IMG/VR virus record: IMGVR_UViG_3300048599_000435
Coordinates: 1-64,000 of that record
Strand: one strand, 5' to 3'
Source: a virus
Length of the DNA: 64,000 bases
The translations under genes and the position numbers were made by a program. Below are positions 50,421 through 58,804 of this stretch, one piece after another (within the stretch, counting starts at the first letter, position 1; every line of letters begins with the position of its first letter). The notes below the pieces were generated by a model. It ran no database searches. It saw only the letters and a program-made list of their open reading frames with translations, and was not told the DNA's origin.

Positions 50421-50645
50421 CTAGACGGTGGCTTCCACCACGCATTCGGGCGGTACGGTGCCGACCACATCGAACACGGGGAGGGCGGTGTCGATTATGT
50501 CTTCCCCGTCCGGGTGCGGGAAGAACACCGTGTCGTATTGCGGCTGGCGGACGCCGTAAGCGGTGTGCCGGAGGATGATGTATACGCTTCCGGCATCCAG
50601 CTTGTGTTGGGAGGCGTACCGGCCGTAGGTGCAGCGGACTTTCAC
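50421..50645 (-). CDS. hypothetical protein
   Basis: 74-aa ORF. Confidence 0.5.
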   Translation of the reverse strand: MKVRCTYGRYASQHKLDAGSVYIILRHTAYGVRQPQYDTVFFPHPDGEDIIDTALPVFDVVGTVPPECVVEATV

Positions 50646-50723
50646 GGGAGTCTCCGGTTGGTTTTGGGTGACAGGTCTATGCTTCTCCGTGCTGGCGATG
50701 ACCGGGAATCCGACCCGGCGTTG

Positions 50724-51404
50724 CTAGGCGGTCGGCAGCGGATTACCGCCGGCCTTGATGTGTTGGGCGTACTTGAACGCCGTCACCGTGTGGAGTCGGA
50801 CGTAGGTTCCGGCGGGACTGGCGAGAGCGGGAACTTCCTTGACAGTCTCGATGCGCTCACCCCGCACCTTGCGTTCCGTCCGCTCGCGTTCCATTTGCGG
50901 CACGCTGCCGGCCGCAATCAGTTGTTCGACGAACTTGTGATACGGCATCGCTTCGCCGTTGTACCGGACGTAGGACGTGAGTGCGGCTTTGGCTTTGGCC
51001 CGCGCCATCGGGGTTGCGTCGGCCATGAACCCGCCCAGGCTCATGCGTTCCGCTTCCCGTTCGGCTTCCTGTTTCCGTGCGGCTTCCGCTTCGGCGAGTG
51101 CGGCGGCTTCCCGGTCGGCGGCTTTCTGTTGTGCGTACTGTTCTCCCAGGAACCGTTCCAGCACTTCCAACGACGCGCGAACACCTTTGGGCAGGGCGAT
51201 TCCGGTGCGGTCGGCGAACAGGCGTCGGCGGGCTTTGTTGTCCGGCACGTCCAGCCCGGCGGACAGTAACGCCGGGTCGCGGTCCCGAATCATCCGGCAC
51301 AGGTCGGCGAACTGAGACGCGAGACGTTCGCGGTGCGGGTGTCCGGGCGGAATGGCTTGCCCGCTGGCCGTCTCGATTGCGGCAATGTAGTCGTCGGCTG
51401 TCAT
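50724..51404 (-). CDS. hypothetical protein (central coiled coil)
   Basis: 226-aa ORF of balanced composition. Confidence 0.6.
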   Translation of the reverse strand: MTADDYIAAIETASGQAIPPGHPHRERLASQFADLCRMIRDRDPALLSAGLDVPDNKARRRLFADRTGIALPKGVRASLEVLERFLGEQYAQQKAADREAAALAEAEAARKQEAEREAERMSLGGFMADATPMARAKAKAALTSYVRYNGEAMPYHKFVEQLIAAGSVPQMERERTERKVRGERIETVKEVPALASPAGTYVRLHTVTAFKYAQHIKAGGNPLPTA

Positions 51405-51437
51405 GGTCTCGGTTCCTTGCGTGGGTGTGCGGGGTAT

Positions 51438-51629
51438 TCAGCCGTAAACTAGGTAGTGGGCTTTCTTCTCGCCGGACAGTACGCGGCCGACGGCGGCGCG
51501 GAGTTCGTCGCGGTTGCGGCGGATGAATTCACGCTTTGGCAGTCTGGATTGACGCCACCAACGGTAAAGCCCTTCGTCGTTATCGACCCACTGTTCTAAG
51601 TCTTTCAAGGTGAGCGTTCGGCTTCGCAT
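51438..51629 (-). CDS. hypothetical protein
   Basis: 63 aa; first gene after promoter P4. Confidence 0.5.
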   Translation of the reverse strand: MRSRTLTLKDLEQWVDNDEGLYRWWRQSRLPKREFIRRNRDELRAAVGRVLSGEKKAHYLVYG

Positions 51630-51656
51630 CGGTCTTCCCTCTGGTGTGGTGTCGGT

Positions 51657-51684
51657 AGTCTATCACTGCCCATGCGGGATGCAA
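51657..51684 (-). promoter_or_regulatory. sigma70-like promoter P4
   Basis: TTGCAT-CCCGCATGGGCAGTGA-TAGACT. Confidence 0.5.
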
Positions 51685-51686
51685 GG

Positions 51687-51854
51687 CTAGACAACCTTAA
51701 CAACTACGGCATGGAAGTAGGTGCGGTTCCGCATGAGGTCGGTAGCGGTGTTGAGTGCGGTTGCCATGCTTTCGCACCAGGTGTAGACGGTTCCGGGCAG
51801 GGTGCCGAATCCGTTGGGGGATTCCCAGACGATGACGGCGAAGTTACCGAACAT
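51687..51854 (-). CDS. hypothetical protein (55 aa, not in ORF track)
   Basis: MFGNFAVIVWESPNGFGTLPG... with G/C-rich third codon positions. Confidence 0.45.
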   Translation of the reverse strand: MFGNFAVIVWESPNGFGTLPGTVYTWCESMATALNTATDLMRNRTYFHAVVVKVV

Positions 51855-51882
51855 GGGTTGTACTCGGTTGGGTGGTTCGGAG

Positions 51883-52380
51883 TTAGCAGAAGTCCAGGGC
51901 GGATACGGCCGGCGGTTCGTCGGGGTAGTCGGCGGCTTCTTCCTCTCCGTCTTCGTCGTCGGTCGGTTCCGGCATAGGTCGGCCGTCCTGGACGTTGCAA
52001 CCGCAAGAGTGGCACCGCGTCAGCGTCCAGCCGTCCGGGTGACACGGGGTGAACTCGGAACAGTTGCCGCACCGGACTTCGTTGTCCCGTTCGGCTTTCT
52101 CCGATTCGAGTTCTTCAACCCATCCGCCCCACGATTGGACGGAGAACCCGTCAACGTCGGAGTAGGTCATGGTGGGGGTGTAGCTGTCCCCGACGTTGAC
52201 GTAGAGGAGCGTCCGGCCGCACTCGGTCACGCTCTCGACACCGCACCCGTTCATCAGGACGTTGGCGGCGTTCAGGATGCCGCGAGCGTAGACGGTTGTG
52301 CTGTCTTCGATTTCCCCGCAATGGGACACCATTTTGTAGCACGCTTCGGCGAGTTCTGTTGCGGTCGGCATGGTCGGCAC
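51883..52380 (-). CDS. hypothetical Cys-rich protein
   Basis: 165 aa; contains CGNC..C..CHSCGC. Confidence 0.6.
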   Translation of the reverse strand: MPTMPTATELAEACYKMVSHCGEIEDSTTVYARGILNAANVLMNGCGVESVTECGRTLLYVNVGDSYTPTMTYSDVDGFSVQSWGGWVEELESEKAERDNEVRCGNCSEFTPCHPDGWTLTRCHSCGCNVQDGRPMPEPTDDEDGEEEAADYPDEPPAVSALDFC

Positions 52381-52472
52381 CTCGGAAGGGTTGTGCGGTC
52401 GGGTGATCGGTCAGTGTCGCGGCCGGTATTGCGACCGGGAGGGCTAGGCTTCTCCTACCGGCGCCAGTGGTG

Positions 52473-52943
52473 TTACTTGTCATCCAGGCTGGCGTAAAGT
52501 GGCGAAGTGTAGTCGGCCAGTTGGTCAACCCAATCCGCGTACTCGGTTCCGCCGTTGCGGGAATCGGTGTCCGTTTCGTCGCCTTCCGGTTCGTCATCGG
52601 TCGGTTCGTATTCCGGGTAGCTGGACAGGCGGGCGACGTCGATGTGGTAGGCGGCAACGGCGTCTGGGTCGGCAATGTCGTACAGGTACGCGGTCGTGCA
52701 GTGGTCGGCACCGGGCGAGTTGTAGTTGCCGAAGGAACCGCCGATGAGAACGAGATAGGTCTTCCCGTCGCTTCCGGTGGCAAGGCGGTCGGATCGAATC
52801 CAGAACTCGCCCTCAAGCTGGCCGTCACCGTACTCGGATTGGTTGATGTAGTTGGCGCGGTCCATGTTCAGCATGTCGTCGGCCCAGCCGAATAGGTTCA
52901 ACTGGCGGTGTTCGTGCAGGCCGATTTCGTGGGTCGCGTTCAT
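52473..52943 (-). CDS. hypothetical acidic protein
   Basis: 156 aa; first gene after promoter P5. Confidence 0.6.
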   Translation of the reverse strand: MNATHEIGLHEHRQLNLFGWADDMLNMDRANYINQSEYGDGQLEGEFWIRSDRLATGSDGKTYLVLIGGSFGNYNSPGADHCTTAYLYDIADPDAVAAYHIDVARLSSYPEYEPTDDEPEGDETDTDSRNGGTEYADWVDQLADYTSPLYASLDDK

Positions 52944-52998
52944 GGGGAACTCCGGGAAGGTTGTAGGCTTCTAACTCTTGTGGGTTGTCGATGGGGGT

Positions 52999-53026
52999 AT
53001 CATACACTACCCCATGCGGGATTCAA
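52999..53026 (-). promoter_or_regulatory. sigma70-like promoter P5
   Basis: TTGAAT-CCCGCATGGGGTAGTG-TATGAT. Confidence 0.55.
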
Positions 53027-53029
53027 TGC

Positions 53030-53287
53030 TCAGTTGTCGAACGTGGTCGCAAGGGGACCGTTGGGGTTGTCGAGTTCCATCGCTTGCTGTTCTCGCATCC
53101 GGCGTTGCATCTCGGAACGGAGTTGTTCCCAGAGCGTTGCCCATGAGGGAAGGCAGGCGTAGAGCGTAGGCCGGTCGATGCCGAAGGACGTACCGCCGGC
53201 GTAGGCGCGTTCGATGTGTGACCACACGCGGCAGTAGGCGCGAGTCAGTTGGTTGTCGGTGAGGCCGGATAGCTGGTAGGTCGGCAC
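53030..53287 (-). CDS. hypothetical protein
   Basis: Trimmed to a GTG 7 nt after GGAG. Confidence 0.5.
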   Translation of the reverse strand: MPTYQLSGLTDNQLTRAYCRVWSHIERAYAGGTSFGIDRPTLYACLPSWATLWEQLRSEMQRRMREQQAMELDNPNGPLATTFDN

Positions 53288-53322
53288 GGTCGTTCTCCGG
53301 TGTGTGGTGCGGGATGGTAGGG

Positions 53323-53634
53323 TTAGGCGTTCTGATTCGTGTAGGCCGTGAACGTGAACCCGTCGGCCGATCCGTCCTGCCGGTTGTGAGAAACGTACCC
53401 TTTGGTCCGCTTGCCGGAGATGACCGCGACGGCCGGAATGGTCGTGTAGGTGTCGGGGATGCCGCACCGGACGACGCGACGTTTCCCGTCCTGGCATTCG
53501 ACGTAGGCGCGGCGTGTGAGTCCGCCCTTCGGGTAGGCGAGTTCTTCCGCTTCTACCCATGTGCCGTTGCCGCCCATCATGTGGACTACCGGCATCCCGT
53601 AGAAGCGATGGTCACGCGGTGTAGGAAGTTTCAC
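53323..53634 (-). CDS. hypothetical protein
   Basis: Trimmed to a GTG 6 nt after GGAG; the track's ATG lies inside the -10 box of promoter P6. Confidence 0.5.
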   Translation of the reverse strand: MKLPTPRDHRFYGMPVVHMMGGNGTWVEAEELAYPKGGLTRRAYVECQDGKRRVVRCGIPDTYTTIPAVAVISGKRTKGYVSHNRQDGSADGFTFTAYTNQNA

Positions 53635-53665
53635 GATGTTCTCCGTTGGGTGGTAGGACACGGGT

Positions 53666-53693
53666 AGCATACACTAACCCGTGTGGGATGCAA
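53666..53693 (-). promoter_or_regulatory. sigma70-like promoter P6
   Basis: TTGCAT-CCCACACGGGTTAGTG-TATGCT. Confidence 0.55.
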
Positions 53694-53695
53694 TC

Positions 53696-53983
53696 TCAGA
53701 CGATGGAATCGCAGAACTGGCGGAGTTTGGCGGACAACTCGGAACCGGCGCACGGCATGAACCCGTCTTCCGATTCCAGGTTGTCCCGGATTTCCCATGC
53801 GACGTGTTCCGGCACGGTATAGGTGACGTCGCAGTATCCCCATGCGTCGGCGGTGTCGAGTTCCATGACGGCATCGCCCCGGATGGTCAGTATGTCGAGT
53901 AGCTTGCGGCCCCAATAGTAGCGGTCGCCGATCCATTCCATCGCTTCCCGTTCGGACTTCGTAAGCGTGAGCGTGTACGGCAT
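53696..53983 (-). CDS. hypothetical protein
   Basis: 95-aa ORF of balanced composition. Confidence 0.55.
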   Translation of the reverse strand: MPYTLTLTKSEREAMEWIGDRYYWGRKLLDILTIRGDAVMELDTADAWGYCDVTYTVPEHVAWEIRDNLESEDGFMPCAGSELSAKLRQFCDSIV

Positions 53984-54340
53984 GGCAGTGCACTCCGGAA
54001 GGGTAGGTAGGTCAGAACAGAGCTATCCGCCCCGGAATCGCACCGGGGAAAGCGTGTGGCCGTTCGCAGCAATGCCGGATAGTGTGGCCGTCTGTCGAAC
54101 GGCCGGGATGATTTGGGTAGCCTTGTCCGGTTAGGCTACGAACCGTTCCCCATCCAATCGAGCCGGGGACTAGCTCAGCCGAGTTGTCAAAGATCGGTGA
54201 ACCCCGCGTCACTGCCGGGGAGCGGTCCCATTCACGCAAGGGACGGGCAGGGCACTTACGGCACCCACACGGGCGGATCAAAGCTACCGCCATACTGTCG
54301 TTGCACCAACACGGCATCCCCAACAGGCAGGACACCGAAA

Positions 54341-54365
54341 GGCCGGCGGGCGGAATCGAACCGCC
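54341..54365 (-). other. tRNA-like 3' fragment (T-arm plus acceptor 3' strand)
   Basis: Minus strand reads GGCGG-TTCGATT-CCGCC-CGCCGGC-C. No 5' acceptor partner was found. Confidence 0.3.
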
Positions 54366-54388
54366 TACCCACTACCGGTCAGCCGGAA

Positions 54389-54619
54389 TCATCCATCATA
54401 CGGGGCGAAACTAGGAACCGCCATGAACGTGTGGCCCATGTGCTTTTCGATGTACGCCTCAACCTCATGCGATTCGTCCACCGTGAACGTCGCACGGTCG
54501 GAGATGTGACGCGACAGCCGCCAAAACGTCGGCCCGTTGCTCCGGGCGATAACGTACACGCATTCGCTGCCACCACGCTCATACACGTCGATGATCATCC
54601 GAAGGCTGCTTTCTTCCAT
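54389..54619 (-). CDS. hypothetical protein
   Basis: Trimmed to MEESSLRMIIDVYERGG. Confidence 0.45.
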   Translation of the reverse strand: MEESSLRMIIDVYERGGSECVYVIARSNGPTFWRLSRHISDRATFTVDESHEVEAYIEKHMGHTFMAVPSFAPYDG

Positions 54620-54699
54620 CGCTGGCACTCCGAAGGGGTGAAGGAACCGCAAGCAGATACGGATGTCCGCTCGCACCACCGAACTTGAACCGTACTATC

Positions 54700-54727
54700 A
54701 CCTTATCACATCCCAAATGGGACGCAA
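54700..54727 (-). promoter_or_regulatory. weaker promoter P7 of the same family
   Basis: TTGCGT-CCCATTTGGGATGTGA-TAAGGT. Confidence 0.35.
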
Positions 54728-54737
54728 GGTGAAGGGA

Positions 54738-54902
54738 TCAATCAACCGTCGAGAGGAAAGAGTAACGGATGAAACGGCGGAACCATGCGGTTTGCTGACG
54801 GTACTGACGGGTAAAGGAACAGAGGTCGGAACAGTGGTTCCAGGAAACGGAACGGAAAGCAACGGTGAGGTCATGGGTGAGGAAGTCAGTGGCGATGGTC
54901 AT
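54738..54902 (-). CDS. 54-aa ORF (not in ORF track)
   Basis: ATG after AGGGA. C-ending codons are preferred over those of the overlapping plus-strand ORF 54663..54938. Confidence 0.35.
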   Translation of the reverse strand: MTIATDFLTHDLTVAFRSVSWNHCSDLCSFTRQYRQQTAWFRRFIRYSFLSTVD

Positions 54903-54953
54903 GGACGTGTCCCTTGTGTGTTGTCGTGTGGCGTGTGACGCATCGACACCGTT

Positions 54954-54981
54954 AATCTAACAGGTCCACACCGGGAGTCAA
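54954..54981 (-). promoter_or_regulatory. sigma70-like promoter P8
   Basis: TTGACT-CCCGGTGTGGACCTGT-TAGATT. Confidence 0.5.
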
Positions 54982-55171
54982 GGCAACCGTTCTGATTCTG
55001 GCCATGCCCGCCTAGCTTGGCCGGACTAGGGGAGGGAACGCGCCTGCGTGCGTACCCGCCTAGTGGCCTCCGCATGTCCGGAACCTGGACGTCGGCACCT
55101 GACGCTCCTGCCTGGTTTCCCTGCGCCCATTTCGCCGACAGGGAGAAGGTCGAGGGAGGGGACCAGTCCCA

Positions 55172-55247
55172 CTCTCTATTTTGCAAAAGTTTTTACATAT
55201 GACCTATACCAGTCTCCCTCTCTATTTTGCAAAAAATTTAGCATATG
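55172..55247. repeat. two direct ~30-nt AT-rich repeats, each containing the palindrome TTTTGCAAAA
   Basis: CTCTCTATTTTGCAAAAgtTTTtaCATATG at 55172 and CTCTCTATTTTGCAAAAaaTTTagCATATG at 55218, 46 nt apart. Confidence 0.5.
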
Positions 55248-55438
55248 GCTGGCAACCATCATGACATGGGGTTGCCACCAGATCGCATAGGATTGCGTCT
55301 GATGCGTTTTGGGCTAAATGAGGCGTGGAGTCCACATGGCACTGAGATCGTGCACTGGAGGTCAAGCCATGCGACGTGGCGTAACTTGTTTGGCGTGCTA
55401 GTTTTGCGGGAAGCGTTTAGCGGTCATTTGGCTGACGG

Positions 55439-56131
55439 CTAGTCCTGTTTTCCGATGGCAACGAACTCTTCGTAGTCCTTTCTCAAGAAGGTCTTTCCGA
55501 CAATGGATCGTGTCCAGCCTTTCTTGAGTGGCCATTGCACTCCGAGTACTCGGAGTTGTCTGGCTGAGTGTCTTCCTGTTTTTCGTGCCGCAGCGACGAA
55601 CATGTCGTGAGTGATGGTGACGGTATCTTCCGGCAGTACTGTTTGAAGCTTGGCGAGTCGATCCAGTTCTTCGGCCTCCTGTCTGACTTGCCACATCGGC
55701 TTTTCGTGTGAGTAGGTTGGCGGAGGGAGTTGGTGCGTTTGGCTGACGTGGTCGATGTATTTCTGGGCCTGTTCCATCCCGATGACCAGATCGACTGGCA
55801 GTCCGAATCTGGTGTAGTCTCGGGCCTGTCCTGCCCCGGTGGCTTGTCCTTTCTTTCTCGGCTTCTTGACCTCGATCAGGCGGGAGGCAACTCCATCCTG
55901 AACAACGACCAAGTCGAACCTAGCTGTCCGGCAACACGTCCCGATTTCCCCTCGCACTTCGATTCCGAGAGACTTCAGGCTCATGTACAGGAAGGCGTGA
56001 ATCTCGAATTCTGTAATCGGCGAGTTCACGCGGATTTTGTGAATTCTCTGTTCTGTCGTCTTTCCTTCTAGGCTGGCTCTCTTCCTGGCCGCTCTCAGTT
56101 TTCTCAATTCAGCATTGGTCGGCATTTGCAC
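55439..56131 (-). CDS. PD-(D/E)xK-type nuclease-like protein (low-GC gene)
   Basis: RFDLVVVQDGVASRLIEVKK matches a D..ExK core. GC is clearly lower than in the neighbouring genes. Confidence 0.5.
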   Translation of the reverse strand: MQMPTNAELRKLRAARKRASLEGKTTEQRIHKIRVNSPITEFEIHAFLYMSLKSLGIEVRGEIGTCCRTARFDLVVVQDGVASRLIEVKKPRKKGQATGAGQARDYTRFGLPVDLVIGMEQAQKYIDHVSQTHQLPPPTYSHEKPMWQVRQEAEELDRLAKLQTVLPEDTVTITHDMFVAAARKTGRHSARQLRVLGVQWPLKKGWTRSIVGKTFLRKDYEEFVAIGKQD

Positions 56132-56182
56132 CTCGCACTTCGGTCTCCCTGTCTTGTTGGACGCTACCGGTCACGCTTTTGT

Positions 56183-56569
56183 TCACTCTTTCGCTGCGAT
56201 TGCTTGGGAAAACGTCTCCCGTCGCCACGCATCTCTGGTCGCCTGGTTTGCTTGCTCCCACGCCTCGGCGAGTTGCACCCGTGTCCGTGCGATCCCGATC
56301 TTCCACATCGACCTGATGGAATCCGCCCTGGCGAACCACCGGCCGCACACCCAGTCGAGGTCGCCTGTCTTTGTCTCTATCGACCAGTACGAGAAGGTGG
56401 TCACGCCGTCGTTTCTGATCGTGCCGACCTTGCCCGCCTCGCCCAAGAGCCGCATCGCTTCCGCCGCCCCCGGCTTACCCTGTTCCTCCAGCCAGTCGGC
56501 GACGATCAGCATGAGCACGGTGTTGCCCGGCTCGGCGTCCATCGCGGCGACCCAGTCTTCGAGGTCCAT
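56183..56569 (-). CDS. short TIGR02996-like protein
   Basis: TGATG-coupled ATG. LMLIVADWLEEQGKPGAAEAMRLL. Confidence 0.6.
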   Translation of the reverse strand: MDLEDWVAAMDAEPGNTVLMLIVADWLEEQGKPGAAEAMRLLGEAGKVGTIRNDGVTTFSYWSIETKTGDLDWVCGRWFARADSIRSMWKIGIARTRVQLAEAWEQANQATRDAWRRETFSQAIAAKE

Positions 56570-56868
56570 CACTCGACCACCCCCAGTGTCTGACGTCCCC
56601 ACGCCTCTTCAGTCTCGAACCACAATTCCCTGCCCGACACAATCGGCCATTCCTCGTACTCGCCTTCCGTCATGCACACGGACACCGTCCGCCATTCGTC
56701 GTCGTACCGGTACGTCACGCCCGGCGTCAACTCGTCCCGGCTGAACATCTCGGCCACCTCCCGCAGCCACTCCGCCTCCCGCCCACGGTCCGCGAGAATG
56801 ACCGTCCAGGCCGTGTCGACGGACCCGTGAACGCCGACCCGACATGCCATCATCGTTGTCAGATTCAC
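56569..56868 (-). CDS. hypothetical protein
   Basis: 99-aa ORF. Confidence 0.55.
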   Translation of the reverse strand: MNLTTMMACRVGVHGSVDTAWTVILADRGREAEWLREVAEMFSRDELTPGVTYRYDDEWRTVSVCMTEGEYEEWPIVSGRELWFETEEAWGRQTLGVVE

Positions 56869-56942
56869 ATCAAGCCCTCCTGGTGCCGTCCGGGTGCCGG
56901 GCGATGGCGGCCTCGGCGTCGGCTACCGTGTGGGTCACTTGC

Positions 56943-57248
56943 TCAGTCCTCCCCCAGGCGGTGTGCCTTCATCGCCTCGTATCTGGCCAGAACCTTCTCG
57001 GCCGCACACACGCGGCACGACGGGTAGCACGAGTCTCGGCCTTCGTGGTCGTACCCGGATATCATGTCACTCACGAACCGCAGCAGGGCCGGCGAGCAGG
57101 CGAACAGCATCGCCCGCTCGGTGGCCACGGCCGGGTCCTCGGTCGGCTCGATGACGGCCAGACAGTTCCCGTCGGCGTCCCACACCTGGGCAACGAAGCA
57201 GTGGCCCGGCCGACCCTTCTGCTCGCTGAACTTCCACTCGCCATTCAT
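56943..57248 (-). CDS. hypothetical Cys-containing protein
   Basis: ATGA-coupled ATG. The track's N-terminal 194 aa are Arg/Gly-rich read-through. Confidence 0.5.
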   Translation of the reverse strand: MNGEWKFSEQKGRPGHCFVAQVWDADGNCLAVIEPTEDPAVATERAMLFACSPALLRFVSDMISGYDHEGRDSCYPSCRVCAAEKVLARYEAMKAHRLGED

Positions 57249-58033
57249 TCCGTTACCTCCCAGGTGATCGGCGGCAGCCCGGCCCGTTCGCGGGCGATGT
57301 CCACCAGGGCACGGCTCAGGGCGGTCTCGGCGGCCTCGCGGGAACGGTATCGCTTTGCCCGGTCTCGCACCGACCACGGCGGCAAGAGGCCGTCGTCGGG
57401 CAGCCTCTCCCAGATTTCGTCGGGGATGGCGTGGCCGTCTGTTCGTGTGGTCGGATTCGACAGCCGCACCCACAGCCACCACGGGCTGACCGTTCCGCCG
57501 AGTCCGCGAAACGGCTTCCGATCCGTCACCACCACCCGCGTCACCGGGTGCCGGGCCACCACCTCGGCCCCGTGGCCGGGGGTCGTGCCGGTGCCCTTGC
57601 ATCGACAGTGCCGGACCAAGTTCGCCGCCCGCAACTGAGAATCGCACCGCCCGCACTCCTCCCCCAGCCACCAGCCGAGCGGACACCGGACCTCCTCGAC
57701 GAACCCGTTGCGGAGAAACGCCAGTCTTGCGTTTTCTTGGTAGGCCGTCGCCCATACCGCCGGAGAGACGGTGATGATGCCGACCGCGTACAGGTCGCCG
57801 GCCCACCGCTCGGCGTTGTGGCGGTGCCACAGTCGATGCGCATCCTCGTGCCGAATGCCGCCAGGGTCGCAGTCCAGCCGAATGAACTCCGCCCGCTCCC
57901 CCTCGCCGATCTCGTCCAGGCGGTCGGCCAACACCAGCCGGGGCCTCAGGTCGAACGGGTACTCTACGACCGCCCGGAGCAGCCCGTCGGCGGTGTCGTC
58001 CGCGTGGTGCCTGACCGATTCAGTCGCGGTCAT
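57245..58033 (-). CDS. TIGR02996 domain-containing protein (family paralog)
   Basis: RPRLVLADRLDEIGEGERAEFIRLDC, NGFVEEVRCPLGWW, CGRC..CRCKGTGTTPG, HPVTRVVVTD, ALSRALVDIARE. Confidence 0.7.
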   Translation of the reverse strand: MTATESVRHHADDTADGLLRAVVEYPFDLRPRLVLADRLDEIGEGERAEFIRLDCDPGGIRHEDAHRLWHRHNAERWAGDLYAVGIITVSPAVWATAYQENARLAFLRNGFVEEVRCPLGWWLGEECGRCDSQLRAANLVRHCRCKGTGTTPGHGAEVVARHPVTRVVVTDRKPFRGLGGTVSPWWLWVRLSNPTTRTDGHAIPDEIWERLPDDGLLPPWSVRDRAKRYRSREAAETALSRALVDIARERAGLPPITWEVTE

Positions 58034-58260
58034 TGCAGCCCCCGGATCGTCTTGGCCGCGTCCCACAGGGCAGAAGCGGCGGCAGTGCGGGTCGCATCGG
58101 CCGGCTTGGAAATCAACGAGACGGCTTCCGCCTCGCACGCCTTCGCGCACCGTTCCCGCTCCCGACAGAGAAGTTCATCCACCACCTCGTGGGACGAGTC
58201 GTCCGGCGGGCCGATGTATTTATGTAACTCTTCCACCGTCCACTCGCTCAGCGGTTTCAT
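58030..58260 (-). CDS. hypothetical protein
   Basis: ATGA-coupled ATG. Confidence 0.5.
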   Translation of the reverse strand: MKPLSEWTVEELHKYIGPPDDSSHEVVDELLCRERERCAKACEAEAVSLISKPADATRTAAASALWDAAKTIRGLQ

Positions 58261-58580
58261 TCCAGGCACTCCGGTGGAACGCACACTGACTGAAGGATCT
58301 GCCGCCTCAGAGACTCGACCTGCTCGACAATGTCCGACACCGGGCCGTCCCACCTGACCGGAACCACCGCCGGTGCCGGCTGGACGATCTGCTCCGCCGC
58401 GTCCAGCCACGCCTGGGCCGCCGTGTTGCCGCGACCGTAGTAATTGCCTGGCCGACGATACCGGTAGGCGACCTCCCAGCTTCGCCGATCCGGCGTGCCG
58501 CACGGGTGTCGCCGGTAACAGATCGCCATCGGATCGACGGACAGGAGGGACGCCTTCGCGTCACTCGGCACGTCGGTCAT
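58257..58580 (-). CDS. hypothetical protein
   Basis: ATGA-coupled ATG. Confidence 0.5.
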   Translation of the reverse strand: MTDVPSDAKASLLSVDPMAICYRRHPCGTPDRRSWEVAYRYRRPGNYYGRGNTAAQAWLDAAEQIVQPAPAVVPVRWDGPVSDIVEQVESLRRQILQSVCVPPECLE

Positions 58581-58804
58581 TCGACCTCCCGTGGCGGAAC
58601 CCACCCGCACCACGCACAGGATCCGGTCGAGACCGCCGGTGCCCAGTTCTCCCGGCCGCAGCGGCCGCACTTCTGAAGGTAAACCGTGTCCCGGACCGAG
58701 AACCCGATGTACCGGCCGTCGTGGTACATGGGAACACCCTTTTCGTCGTCGGCCTTGCCGCCCTGGTTGCCGTCCGCACCGACCTCGGCCTTGTCAGTAG
58801 CCAT
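58577..58804 (-). CDS. hypothetical zinc-ribbon protein
   Basis: CGRCG..CAWCG. Confidence 0.55.
   Translation of the reverse strand: MATDKAEVGADGNQGGKADDEKGVPMYHDGRYIGFSVRDTVYLQKCGRCGRENWAPAVSTGSCAWCGWVPPREVE

Noticed and set aside
54000-54420. tmRNA (ssrA), standard or permuted.
   Set aside because: No 5' GGGG acceptor partner, no tag reading frame ending in a typical ..A-A stop context, and no pseudoknot series could be identified by eye. Left as an unclassified structured region.
54663-54938. 91-aa plus-strand ORF.
   Set aside because: Third codon positions are poorly G/C-rich and the product is Gly/Glu/Thr-rich. It lies antisense to promoter P7 and to a better minus-strand 54-aa ORF.
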